DNA from: an uncultured Gemmataceae bacterium
GTDB lineage: Bacteria; Planctomycetota; Planctomycetia; Gemmatales; Gemmataceae
Assembly (NCBI GenBank): GCA_963750165.1
Contig: CAVVPN010000012.1
Location: forward strand, 1,216,001-1,280,000
DNA length: 64,000 nucleotides
Direction: 5' to 3'
Below, piece by piece: positions 1-10,740 of this stretch; the stretch's first letter is position 1; the number at the start of each line of letters is the position of its first letter. The position numbers were made by a program, and so were the translations under genes. The notes under the pieces were generated by a model, which worked only from the letters and a program-made list of their open reading frames with translations, did no database searches and was not told the origin of the DNA.

Positions 1-2
1 CG

Positions 3-1562
3 GTGACGCGGCAGCTGGGGGAAACGGCGGAGGCCAAATGGTTGCGGGCCGAGGGCTATTTCAAGGTAGCGTTCCTGCGGGCGTTGCTCGGCGAGCAGCG
101 CGAGGCCGCGGCGGGCTATCGCCAGGCCATCGACCTGCTCGGGCCGCTGGCGGCCGAGCACCCCGGCGTGCCCGACTACCGGGAGCAGCTCGGGCGGGCT
201 TACCACAACCGCGGCATCCTGCTCGCGGACCTGGGGGACGAGGCGGCAGCGGCAGCGAGCTTCCGGCAGGGTCTGGGCATTCAACAACAGTTGGCGAGCG
301 AGTTCCCCCGGGCGCATCGGTATCGCTGGAACAGCGCCGCCAGCGAGGCCGACCTGGCCAAACTTCTGGGGGATCAGAAGAAGTACGCCGACGCGGAGGC
401 GGGTTACCACCGGGCCCTCGGCCTGCTGGAAGGGCTGCAGGCGGAAGGCGAAGCCGAGCCTGCCGTCGGCCGGTTGCTGGCCCGCGCTCGCTCCAACCTG
501 GGCAAGGTGTTGCGGGAGCAGGCGAAGTTCGCCGCGGCCGAGAAATCCTATCGACTGGCCTTCGACGCCCAGCAGCAGCAACTGAACGAGTCCCCGGCCG
601 CGCCGGCGTACCGCCGCGACCTGGCCGACACCTGCAACGGTCTGGGGATCGTCCTCACCGAGTTGAAGCAGCCGGCGGAAGCGGAGAAGGTTTTTCGCCA
701 GGGCCTGGATCTGCGCAAGAAGTTGGTCGCGGACTATCCCAGGGTGTTTCAGTACCGCCAGGAACTCGCCGGGAGCTATCACGACCTCGGCTTTTTCTTG
801 CAACAGCAGCAAAAGTATGCGGACGCAGAGCAGGCATACGGTGAAGCGGTGAATCTCAGGAAAAAGCTCGTGGCCGAGGCCGGCGCCGTACCCCGGTATC
901 GCAAGGAGCTGGCCCACAATCTCGACCACCTCGGCATGACCCGGTTTCTCGCCAGGCGGCTGGAGGAAGCGGAAGCGGCGTGGCGTGACGCCCTGGTGCT
1001 GCGGCGACAACTGGCGGCCGACGGCCCCCGGGATCCCGAACCTCAGGACGCCCTGGCGGCCACGCTCATCAAAATCGCCACCGCGCAGAATCTGCGCGGT
1101 GAGTTTGCGGATGCCGTCTTGCTGCTCGAACAGGCCCGGGTTCACAACCAGGTTGCCCGGGCGGCCAGACCCGAGGACCGCGGTTATCGCCTGTGTTATC
1201 TCAATCTGCTCCGCACCCTGGCCCCGAGTCATCTGTTCCTGGCCGACCACGCACGGCTGGCCACGACCGCGGACGAACTGGCCAGCTGCGGTTACGACCC
1301 CGCGCACGACCGCTATGTCGCGGCCTGCTTCTTGAGTAACTGTGCGACGCTGGCCGAAAAAGACGCCCGGCTCGCCGCGGCCCAGCGCGAGGAGCTGGCC
1401 CAGGGCTACGCCGCCCGGTCGCTGGAGCTGTTGCGGCAGGCCGTCGCGCTCGGTTTCCGGGATGGGGCTCACCTGAAAAAGAACCCCGACTTCCAGCCGC
1501 TGCGGGCGCGGAAAGCGCTCCAGAAAGGGCTCGCCGAGTTGGAAGCGAAACTCAACCAGTAA
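3..1562 (+). CDS. TPR-rich C-terminal part of a large protein, probably a planctomycete Ser/Thr kinase-TPR; 5' end outside window
   Basis: Repeated helical TPR units (LA..YHNxG, AEAAYRxAL); ends in the ALELLRQAV..G..D..HL..NPDF..LR tail typical of planctomycete kinase-TPR proteins. Confidence 0.8.
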   Translation: MTRQLGETAEAKWLRAEGYFKVAFLRALLGEQREAAAGYRQAIDLLGPLAAEHPGVPDYREQLGRAYHNRGILLADLGDEAAAAASFRQGLGIQQQLASEFPRAHRYRWNSAASEADLAKLLGDQKKYADAEAGYHRALGLLEGLQAEGEAEPAVGRLLARARSNLGKVLREQAKFAAAEKSYRLAFDAQQQQLNESPAAPAYRRDLADTCNGLGIVLTELKQPAEAEKVFRQGLDLRKKLVADYPRVFQYRQELAGSYHDLGFFLQQQQKYADAEQAYGEAVNLRKKLVAEAGAVPRYRKELAHNLDHLGMTRFLARRLEEAEAAWRDALVLRRQLAADGPRDPEPQDALAATLIKIATAQNLRGEFADAVLLLEQARVHNQVARAARPEDRGYRLCYLNLLRTLAPSHLFLADHARLATTADELASCGYDPAHDRYVAACFLSNCATLAEKDARLAAAQREELAQGYAARSLELLRQAVALGFRDGAHLKKNPDFQPLRARKALQKGLAELEAKLNQ

Positions 1563-1583
1563 TCTCTGACCCGACCAACCAAG

Positions 1584-1714
1584 GCGTCCGGCGAGCGTTT
1601 GCCGTCAGGCAAACCCGCACCGGTCCGGCCCTCGCCCGGCGCTCGGTCTGCGCGCCGGGAACGATGGCACGTTTCCTCAACCGCAGACCGGCTCTCCACA
1701 GAGAGGACCACACC
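1584..1714 (+). promoter_or_regulatory. Candidate structured 5' leader RNA occluding the RBS of the downstream secreted protein
   Basis: Stems GGCGAG 1590-1595/CTCGCC 1631-1636, GTTTGCC 1597-1603/GGCAAAC 1608-1614, CGGTCTGCG 1644-1652/CGCAGACCG 1682-1690, CTCTC 1692-1696/GAGAG 1701-1705 (overlaps SD). Confidence 0.45.
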
Positions 1715-3541
1715 ATGCTGTTCCAACTGTTCCGCCGTGCGCGCACGGGCCGCCGGCCGTCCCGGCAACTCCGGCTGGAGGCGCTGGAGGACCGCTCGCT
1801 GCCGAGCACCTTCACGGTGCTGAACCTGAACGACGGCGGCGCCGGCTCGCTGCGCCAGGCCGTCCTTGACGCCAACGCCCACGCCGGCCCCGACACGATC
1901 CGCTTCACCGCTGGCCTGCACGGCACCATCGTCCTGACCGGTGGCGAACTCGGCGTCACCGACGACGTGACCGTCAACAGCCCCGGCGCGGCCAAGGTGA
2001 CCGTCAGCGGCGACGACGCCAGCCGCGTCTTCCACCTCACCGGCAGCGCCACCGACGTGACGATCAACGGTCTCACCATCGCCGACGGTGCGGCCACCGG
2101 CCCCATCACGGGGACCGAAGGAGCCGTCACGCTGGGCGGCGGCATCCTCAACGACCAGGCCCACCTGACGCTCTCCCACGTGACCCTGACCGACAACCAG
2201 GCCGCCGGCTTCATCGGTGCCGGCGGCGGCGTCGCCAACGTCTCCGGCGGCGTCCTGACGGTCGAGGACTGCACGTTTACTGACAACGTGGCCGCGGGCA
2301 GCGCCATCGATAGCCCGGGCGGCGGCATCTTCAGCGACACCGGCTCGGTCCTGACGGTGGCGTACAGCACCTTCACCGGTAACCGGGCCATCGACGGCGG
2401 CGGCATCGCGGTCTGGGGCGGCAGTGCCGCGGCGGTGTCGGGCAGCACGTTCACCGACAACGTGGCCCGCGGTAACAACGGCAGCCCCGGCCAGAGCGGC
2501 ACGCCCGCCGACAACGGCGGCGCCATCTTCGCCACGGACCAGAGCCTGTTCGTCGCCGCGACCGGCTCCGTCCTGACGGTCGAGAACGACACGTTCACCG
2601 GCAACCTGGCCCGCGGCAGCGACGGCGGCGCCGGCGCCGACGGCGGCGAGGCCCAGGGCGGCGCGCTGTCCGTGAGCGGGGTGACGACGGCGGCAAGCAT
2701 CAGCTGCAGTACGTTCACGAACAACCTGGCCCTCGGCGGCAACGGCGGTGCTGGCGGCGCAGCCACCGTCAGCGGCGGCAACGGCGGACCCGGGGCCGGC
2801 GGCGCGGTCTCGTTGAACGACGGGACCATTGCCATCGTGCAGAGCACGTTCAGCGGGAACGATGCCACGGGCGGACTCGGCGGCGCGGGCGGCGCCGGGG
2901 CGGCCGGCGGCGCCGGCGGTACGGGCCGCGGCGGGGCGCTGGTGCATACCGTGACCTTCGGCACGTCGCATCCGGTCTCGACGCTGACCGGCGTGACGAT
3001 GAAGGACAACGAGGCCCTCGGCGGCAACGGCGGCGCGGGCGGCGTCGGTGGCGACGGCGGTGACGGGGGTGCCGGCCAGGGCGGCGGCATCCGTGCGCTG
3101 CTGGGCAGCATCATCGTCAGCGCCGGCCAGTTGACCGATAACGAAGCGGTGGGCGGGACCGGCGGCGCAGCGGGTGTGGGCGGCGTCGGTGGCAGCGGCG
3201 GTGCCGGCCAGGGCGGCGGCTTCCTCACCGCGTTCGGGGTGACGGCCGTCCTGTCGAACACCACGCTGAAGCACAACGAGGCCATCGGCGGCGCCGGCGC
3301 GGCGGGCGGCGTCGGCGGCGATGGCCAGGGCGGCGGCATCTACAACGGCGGCGCTTCGCCGTTCGGCACGCCGTCCCTGACGCTGCTCGCGTGTCAGGTC
3401 GAGCACAACGAGGCCGACGGCGGCAGCGGCGGCTCCGGGGTGGGCGGCGGCGTCTACAACCTGGGGATGTTCACTTTCGACGCGCTGACCGACATCGACC
3501 ACAACCACGCTTCCACCAGCAACAACGACATCTATCCGTAA
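1715..3541 (+). CDS. Gly-rich secreted/surface protein with planctomycete LEDR N-terminal motif and beta-helix (Pmp-like GGAI/FxxN) repeats
   Basis: RLRLEALEDRSLPS motif, then DGGAGSLRQA and many GGGI..STFTxN.A repeats; ATG 1715 after GAGAGGA. Confidence 0.85.
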   Translation: MLFQLFRRARTGRRPSRQLRLEALEDRSLPSTFTVLNLNDGGAGSLRQAVLDANAHAGPDTIRFTAGLHGTIVLTGGELGVTDDVTVNSPGAAKVTVSGDDASRVFHLTGSATDVTINGLTIADGAATGPITGTEGAVTLGGGILNDQAHLTLSHVTLTDNQAAGFIGAGGGVANVSGGVLTVEDCTFTDNVAAGSAIDSPGGGIFSDTGSVLTVAYSTFTGNRAIDGGGIAVWGGSAAAVSGSTFTDNVARGNNGSPGQSGTPADNGGAIFATDQSLFVAATGSVLTVENDTFTGNLARGSDGGAGADGGEAQGGALSVSGVTTAASISCSTFTNNLALGGNGGAGGAATVSGGNGGPGAGGAVSLNDGTIAIVQSTFSGNDATGGLGGAGGAGAAGGAGGTGRGGALVHTVTFGTSHPVSTLTGVTMKDNEALGGNGGAGGVGGDGGDGGAGQGGGIRALLGSIIVSAGQLTDNEAVGGTGGAAGVGGVGGSGGAGQGGGFLTAFGVTAVLSNTTLKHNEAIGGAGAAGGVGGDGQGGGIYNGGASPFGTPSLTLLACQVEHNEADGGSGGSGVGGGVYNLGMFTFDALTDIDHNHASTSNNDIYP

Positions 3542-3659
3542 CTCCGCAGGCGCGGGGGCGTCAGCGCTTGGTTGGATCGCATAGCACAGGGGTTGACGCT
3601 CCCGCGCACCGAGCACGAAGGCCACCGACAACGGGCGTGGGCGACAGCGGCCGCCATCC

Positions 3660-4241
3660 TCACTCAAACAGCCGCTGCACGGGCACGGTGAACCCGGGTA
3701 GCACGTCGGGCACCACCAGCGCGTCGCCGTTGTGGAAGAGCTGCTGCAATTCGTCGGGCCGGTAGACGGACGCCGTGGCCGTCGGCTCGTCGAGGACGAT
3801 GACGACGCGCACGCCAGCCTTCAGGTACTCGACGACCTTGCCGAACAATTCCGTCCACCGCTCGGAGCGGGACCACGCCTCGACGACCAGGTCGGGCACC
3901 ACGGGCAGCAGGCCGTCCGGAACCTTGCCTTTCGGCAGACGCTCATAGCTGTAGAAGCACACGTCTGCGCCGCGGATCGTGTCGGGGTTGCTTTGCGTTT
4001 GCACGAAGGAGTCGTTGGTCATCACGCGACCAAGATCGTGATTCTCCAAATACTGGCCCAGCACGAAGCTGAAGCGGTAACAAATCTTGCCGTGTTTCGG
4101 ATAAGGCCTCGGCACCCCCCGCACCTGTCCCTTGACCAATTCCACGCAATCACCACCGTGGCGTTGCGCGAACTCCGCCGCGGTCATCAAGGGTACGGGA
4201 GCAGCCGGCGGCGACACGGCAGGAACACTGGTCGGTTGCAT
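3660..4241 (-). CDS. Uma2/DUF820 family PD-(D/E)xK endonuclease-like protein
   Basis: ELVKG, H, RGADVCF, PDLVVE, KVVEYLKAGV, DVLPGF motifs. Confidence 0.85.
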   Translation of the reverse strand: MQPTSVPAVSPPAAPVPLMTAAEFAQRHGGDCVELVKGQVRGVPRPYPKHGKICYRFSFVLGQYLENHDLGRVMTNDSFVQTQSNPDTIRGADVCFYSYERLPKGKVPDGLLPVVPDLVVEAWSRSERWTELFGKVVEYLKAGVRVVIVLDEPTATASVYRPDELQQLFHNGDALVVPDVLPGFTVPVQRLFE

Positions 4242-4350
4242 ACGAGATTCCCTCCAGAAATGGCCCGACGTTAGCAAATCCGGCCGCGGGCGAACAGGGC
4301 AACGCGCCGACGCTTGCGAACCGGCCGCCGCCGCGGTACGCTCGACCGTC

Positions 4351-4914
4351 ATGAGTGAAGTCACTCGCATCCTGGACGCTCTCGCGCAGAACGACCCGCA
4401 CGCCGCGGCGCAACTGCTGCCGCTGGTTTACGACGAGCTGCGCCGCCTGGCTGCCCAGAAGCTGGCGCACGAGCCCGCTGGCCACACCCTGCAACCGACC
4501 GCCCTGGTCCACGAAGCGTATCTGCGCCTGGTCGGCGACCGCGACGCGGCGCACTGGGACGGCCGCGGCCACTTCTTCGCCGCCGCCGCCGAGGCCATGC
4601 GCCGCATCCTCATCGACGACACCCGCCGCCGCCGCGCCGAGAAGCGCGGCGGCGGTCGCCAGCGCCAGGAACTCGATCCGTCCGCCGTCGCCGCGCCGGC
4701 AGCTTCCGAGGAACTGCTGGCCCTGGACGAGGCGCTCACCCGGCTGGCGGCGGTCGAGCCGCAGGTGGGCCGCCTGGTGGAGCTGCGCTACTTCGGCGGC
4801 CTGACGATCAAGGAAGCGGCAGCGCTCCTCGGCGTCGCGCCCCGCACCGCCGACGGCTACTGGGCCTACGCCCGGGCCTGGCTGCGAGCGGAACTCCAGG
4901 GCGAACGCCCCTGA
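4351..4914 (+). CDS. ECF RNA polymerase sigma factor, planctomycete TIGR02999 type
   Basis: MSEVTRIL, LLPLVYDELRRLA, HTLQPTALVHEAYLRL, HFFAAAAEAMRRIL, LVELRYFGGL, WAYARAWL. Confidence 0.93.
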   Translation: MSEVTRILDALAQNDPHAAAQLLPLVYDELRRLAAQKLAHEPAGHTLQPTALVHEAYLRLVGDRDAAHWDGRGHFFAAAAEAMRRILIDDTRRRRAEKRGGGRQRQELDPSAVAAPAASEELLALDEALTRLAAVEPQVGRLVELRYFGGLTIKEAAALLGVAPRTADGYWAYARAWLRAELQGERP

Positions 4915-4942
4915 TACGGCAGCGCCGTGAATGATCGTGGTG

Positions 4943-5005
4943 GGTCGGAGCCCGAGCGCCAGCGCGGGGCAGCGTTGGCCCCGCGCTGGCGCTCGGGCTC
5001 CGACC
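4943..5005. repeat. REP-like palindrome family A (GAGCCCGAGCGCCAGCGC arms), copy 1
   Basis: Long inverted repeat; related copies at 20581-20632 and 44977-45026. Confidence 0.85.
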
Positions 5006-5098
5006 AGGAGCAACCTTTCGGCAAATTTCGGCTGCGCGTTTCAGAGACGAATTACGCATTGCAGACAGCGCCCCTTCTAATTCCTGCGAGAGTCCGCC

Positions 5099-8000
5099 AT
5101 GAGCGAACGCGACCTGTTCATCGCCGCCCTGCAGATCGAGGACGCGGCCGCGCGCGCCGCCTACCTCGACGCCGCCTGCGCCGGGGACGCGGCACTGCGG
5201 CAGCGACTGGAAGTGCTGTTGCAGGCCCACGCCGCCGACTCCTTCCTGGAGCCGCCGCCCGCCGCGGCCAGCACCACCGACGCCTTCCGGCCTACCGCGG
5301 AGGGACCGCCCAGTGCCCCGGCGGCCGCTGGCGAAAGTTCAGGCATGCGGCTCGGGCCGTACCGGCTGCTGCAACAGATCGGCACGGGCGGCATGGGCGT
5401 CGTCTGGATGGCCGAGCAGCAAACGCCCCTGCGGCGCCTGGTGGCGCTGAAGGTCATCAAGGCCGGCATGGACAGCGCCCAGGTGATCGCCCGTTTCGAG
5501 CAGGAGCGGCAGGCGCTGGCCCTCATGGACCACCCCAACATCGCCCGCGTCCTGGACGGCGGCACCACCGACAGCGGCCGGCCCTTCTTCGTCATGGAAC
5601 TGGTCAAGGGCACCCCCATCACCAAATACTGCGACGAGCACCGGCTCACGCCGCGGGAGCGGCTGGCGCTGTTCGTGCCGGTCTGCCAGGCCGTCCAGCA
5701 CGCGCACCAGAAGGGCATCATCCACCGCGACCTCAAACCGAGTAACGTGCTGGTGGCGCCCTACGACGGCCGGCCGGTGGTCAAGGTGATCGACTTCGGC
5801 GTCGCCAAGGCGACGGGCCCGCGGCTCACGGACAGGACGTTGTTCACCGAGTTCGGGGCGGTGATCGGCACGCTGGAGTACATGAGCCCCGAGCAGGCCG
5901 AGCTGAATAACCAGGACATCGACACGCGCAGCGACATTTACGCCCTGGGCGTGCTGCTCTACGAACTGCTGACCGGTAGCACGCCGCTGGAGCGCAGCCG
6001 GCTGCGGCAGGCGGCGTTCGCGGAGGTGCTGCGGTGCATCCGCGAGGAGGAGCCACCGCGGCCGAGCCAGCGGCTCAGCGCATCGAAGGACGCGCTGCCG
6101 GTGATCTCGGCCCAGCGGCAGACGGAGCCGGCCCGCTTGACGAAACTGATGCGCGGCGAACTGGACTGGATCGTCATGAAGGCGCTGGACAAGGACCGCG
6201 GCCGCCGCTACGAGACGGCCAACGGACTGGCGCAGGACGTGGAGCGCTACCTGCAGGACGAGCCGGTGGCGGCGTGCCCGCCCAGCGCCGGCTATTGGCT
6301 GCGCAAGTTCCTGCGGCGGAACCGGCGGCCGGTGCTGGTCGCGGCGGCGCTGCTGCTGGCGCTGCTGGGTGGCATCGTCGGCACCACCTGGGGGCTGGTC
6401 CGCGCCCTGGAGGCGGAGGCGGACACGCGCATGGCCCTGGCCGAGGTCGCCGGGGAGCGGGATCGGGCCGCCGGTGCGGAGCGGCGGGTGCTGACCAGCG
6501 CGGGCCTCGCCGAGAGCCGGCGGAAGGAGGCCGTGAAACAAAGCGGCCTCGCCGAGGAGCGCCGTCGGGAGGCCGAGAAGCAAACCGGCGTGGCCCGGCA
6601 GGAAAAAAAGCGGGCCGAGGCGGTGCGCGACTACCTGCTGGCCGTCTTCCACCGGGCCAACCCCGAGGTCGATGGCCGGCGCGTCACCGTGGTCGAGGTG
6701 CTCACCCTGGGCGTCGAGCGGACCGCCGTCGAGCTGCGCGACCAACCGCTGGTGCAGGCGGACATGTTCGCGGCCATCGGCGCCAGCTTTACCGGGCTGG
6801 GGCTCTTCAAGGAAGCGGCCGAGGCGCTGGAGCGGGCCGAGCGCATCCTGCTTGAACACCACGGCAAGAACCACCCCGACACGCTGGACGCCCGGGTGCT
6901 GCTGGCCAACGCCTACCTCGAAGCTGGGCAGGCCGCCAAGTCCGTCCGGCTGAACGAGGAGCTGTTGCCGACCGCCCGGACCCTGCGCGGCGCGGACCAC
7001 GCCCAGGTGGCGACCATCCTGAACAACCTGGGGCACGGCTACCAGGAACTGGGCCGTTACCTCGAAGCAGTTGAGCAGTTTGAAGAGGCGCTGAAGCTGA
7101 ACCGAGCACAGTTCGGCCCGGACGACTACCACGTGCTGTACATGGTGGACAACCTGGCCCGGGCCTACCAGTTCGCGAACCGGCTCGGGGACGCCGTGCC
7201 AATGTTCGAGGACGTGCTCCGGCGGCGGCGGGCGCTCCTGGGGGACGACCACCCGGAAACGCTGAGGAGCATCAACAGCCTCGGCTACGCCTACCTCCGC
7301 GGCGGCCGGGCGGCGGCCGCGCTGCCGCTCTTTGAGGAGGCGGTGGCGGGACGCAAGGAGAAACTCGGGCCGACCCATCCCAAGACGCTACGGAGCATGG
7401 ACAACCTGGCGCAATCCTATTTGCAGCTCAAGCGCCTGAAGGAGGCCATCCCGCTCTTCGAGGAGACGCTGGAAAAACGCACGGCCCGACTGTCTGCCAA
7501 TCACCCGGACACGCTCGTCACCAAGATGAACCTGGCCGCGACGTACAAGGCCGCCGGCCGCATCGGCGAGGCGATCAAGCTGTACGAGCAGCTGCGTGAA
7601 CAGGAGGAGGCGACCCTCGGGCCGGACCACCCCTACGCCCAGCTCACGCTGCGAAATCTGGCGCAGGCGCTGCACGAGGCGAAGGAGTTCAACCGAGCGG
7701 CGCAGGTGTGGCGGGCACTGCTCGCCGCGCAGGGACGCAAGTTGCCGGCGGACCACCCCGTTCGCGTCGGGACGCAGGCCGTCCTGGGCCTGTGCCTGTT
7801 GCAGGCCGGCAAGCCCGCCGACGCCGAGCCCGTCCTGCGCCCTGCCTGAAGGCCCGCGAACGGCAGCAGCCTGACGCCTGGACGACGTTCAGCACGCGGT
7901 CGATGCTGGGCGGAGCGCTGCTGGGCCAGAAGAAATATGCCGACGCGGAGCCACTGCTGCTGAGCGGCTACGAAGGCATGAAGCAGCGTGCGGCCCAGAT

Positions 8001-8136
8001 TCCGTCGCAGGGACAGGTCCGCGTGACCGAGGCGCTGGAGCGACTGGTGCAGCTGTACGAGGCCACCGGCCAGACGGAGCAGGCGGCCGCCTGGCGCAAG
8101 CAACTCGCCGCGGCCCGGGCGGGAAAGCAGCCATAG
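5099..8136 (+). CDS. Hanks-type Ser/Thr protein kinase with TM segment and TPR repeats; apparent frameshift near 7840
   Basis: IGTGGMGVV, VALKVIK, HRDLKPSN, DFG, GTLEYMSPEQ; TPR tail continues in another frame (CLKARE...EAEPLLLSGYEG..RLVQLYEA) to TAG 8136. Confidence 0.9.
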
Positions 8137-8153
8137 TTTGACGCCGCTTCCGT

Positions 8154-10501
8154 TTACTTCCCGCCGACCGCGCGCGCCGGCAGCCGGGTGAGGCATTCCT
8201 GCGCCTGCTGTCGCAGACGGGCGTCTTTCGTCTCTTTCGCAAACTCCGACAGCGCGCGCCGCGCCGCGACGGTGCCGATGCGTTCCAGGGTTTCGAGTGC
8301 CCGCAGATCGCGCAGCAGGTCCGTCGCGTTGTTCGGGGCTTTTGGCTCGCGGCGCAGTTGTTTCGTCAGGAAGGGGACAGCCTCCTTCGGGGATCCCGCG
8401 AGCAACTGTTGCGCCACAAAGGCGGGGCGCGCTCTCCCGGCAAGCTCGGCCCAGAGCGCCGGCAATGCCGCCGACTTGAGCGGGGCCGTCGGGTCCGGGA
8501 CGGCGAGCCGTTTCATGTCCCAGAGCAAGATGGCACCGTCGTCGCCGCCCGTCACGAGCAGCCGTTGGTCGGCGGTGAACACCAGGCCGCGCGCGCCGGA
8601 CTTCAAGAACCAACGCTCTTCCCCCGTCGCCAACTCCCAGAGGCGGATGCCGAGATAATGGCCGGTCACCAGCATCCGGCTGTCCGGGGAAAACGCCATG
8701 CCGTACATCACGTCGGAAATGCCGTTGCCAAGATTGTTGATGAAATTGAGCCGCAGGCGTTCCTTGCCTGTGGCCACGTCCCAGATGATGCAGTGGCGAC
8801 TGCACGCGGCGGCGAGCAGCCGGCCGTCCGGGGAGAAGCGCAGGGCCGAGGGGCTCACCAGCCACTTCCCTTCAAGCTTACGCACCGGATCCCGGGCGTT
8901 GCGGGGCCAGAGCAGGACCTGGCGGTGGTCGTTCACGGCCAGCAACTTGCCGTCGGGCGAAAACGCGAGCGCCACCTCTCGCTCGCGGAGCAACGCCCCC
9001 ATCGTCCCCAGCTGCTGCACGGGCGGCCTGGGCAACTCCTTGCGGGCGCGGCGGTCCCACAGTTGCAAGTGGATCGGCCGCGGCAGTTGGATGGCTTCCT
9101 TCTTCACGGCGCCCTTCACGCTCAACAGCGCCAGGGTGTTCCCGTCCGGTGACAGCTGCAAGTCGATGACCTCCCCGAAGCCCTCCAGCCGATCCAGTTC
9201 TCTGCCGGCGGCGTTCCAGATCCGCACCTTGCCGTCCTGGGTTGCCGACGCGATCAGTCGGCCGTCCGTCAGGAAGTCGCGCTTCCTCGGGAGTTCCTTG
9301 GCCGGTTCCAGTCGGTGAACGAGCCGGCGGTGGTCCAGGTCCCAGCAACAGATCGCACCGAAGCCCGCCGAGTACAGGGTCTTGCCGTCCGGGGAGAGGG
9401 CCAGGTCCGTGACCCGACCGAAATGCGTCGGGAACCACGGGCGCAGGTTGCGGCCCGTGGCGGCGTCGTACAGGCTGATCGAATCGCGGTAGAGCCCGGC
9501 GGCGATGCGCTTGCCGTCCAGGGAGAAGACGGGGTTGTATACCGTCGCGCCTGCCAGTTGCCCGCGTTGCTTGCCGGTGCGGGCGTCTAGCAGTCGGTCT
9601 CCTTTTCGGTCCGGCACCAGGAGTAGGTCGCTCGCGGGGGAGAACGCGCAGGAATCCGAACGCCACGGGAACCCGGTACAGTTCCTTCCCGCTCGTTAGA
9701 TCCATCACCAGAACGAAATTCCCCTTGCCATCCGGGACCGATCCCCTGACGGCCACAAGTCGGCCGTCAGGAGACAAGTTGGCTTCGGATAACTGGGTGT
9801 CCTTGATGGTGTGGCCGCGTTGTTTCTTCCCGGTGCTGCGCCTCCCACTGCTCCACCACGCAGGTGCCCTTCCCGAACCGCGCGGTGCTCAAAGTCTTGC
9901 CGTCCGCGGTGAACGCGAAGGACCAACAACTCGGGCCGACGGGCAAATCATACAGGTGCTTGCCGGTGGCGACTTCCCAGACGGCGACGTTCCCTGCCGA
10001 AGTGGCGAGCAACGTGCCGTCCGGTGAAAAGACGGCGGCAAAGGTTCCCCCGTTGGGGAGCCGAGTGACTTCCTTGTCGGTGGCCAATTCGCGGATCTGC
10101 GTGCCCGGCGCGTTGTTGGAGCGGTCGCGGAGCGCGACGGTTTTCCCGTCTGGCGAGAAATCAAAAAGTTCCAGTTCTTGGCCCTTCAGTTCGTACCTGC
10201 GCAGCGCCTTGCCGGTGGCGGCGTCACGCAGGTAGACCGTGTTCTCCATCCGTCCTCCGGCGAGCAGGGTCATGCCGTTCGCCAGGAAGCGAATCGGTCC
10301 ACCGATACGCCCGCCACTCCTCCCGAGTCGCGCCACCGCGCCCGCCGGCAACGGGTCGCCGTCGGTATCGACCGCCAGAGGCGCGGGCCCCGCCCCCTTG
10401 GTTGCGCCATCGCCTTGACCGGCGGCTCTTGCCGGCGTCGAGCCGACCCAGAACGTCAGTGCCAACAACCCTGAATAAAAGCTCAGAACGTGTGCGTTCA
10501 C
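8154..10501 (-). CDS. Secreted WD40 beta-propeller protein with C-terminal HEAT-like helix pair; two apparent frameshifts (~9770, ~9630)
   Basis: Signal-like N-terminus, DxxGDPLPAGAVARLG, many FSPDG/WD repeats over three frames, LRALETLERIGT..AR C-terminus; GTG 10501 with GGAGG. Confidence 0.8.
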
Positions 10502-10740
10502 GACCAACCTCCTGTGCTGTGCGTCGCCATCAAACCGCCGCGCTTCCCGCAACTCAGCTTACCCGGAAAAACGACGAAACGGGTGCCGTGTTTGTTGCCG
10601 CGCGGGTCGAACAGCCACGCCCGAAGCCCCTCCTGCCAGCAGTAAAAAATTTAATTTTACGGAAATCCGCCTCCGCGCCGTTCTCGTCGGAATGGTTCGT
10701 AAGCGGTTTCGATCTCATCTTTTTCATGTACGGAGGCCCC

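Noticed and set aside
1597..1660. c-di-GMP-I riboswitch suggested by GGCAAAC and the HD-GYP gene
   Set aside because: Lacks the GAAA tetraloop and downstream GCAAAG/receptor elements; kept only as an unknown leader
1469..3667. Long antisense and alternative-frame ORFs (also 5339-7378, 22857-24947, 26376-28370, 42721-44472, 52914-55076)
   Set aside because: Shadow ORFs expected at high GC opposite well-supported genes; no recognisable motifs
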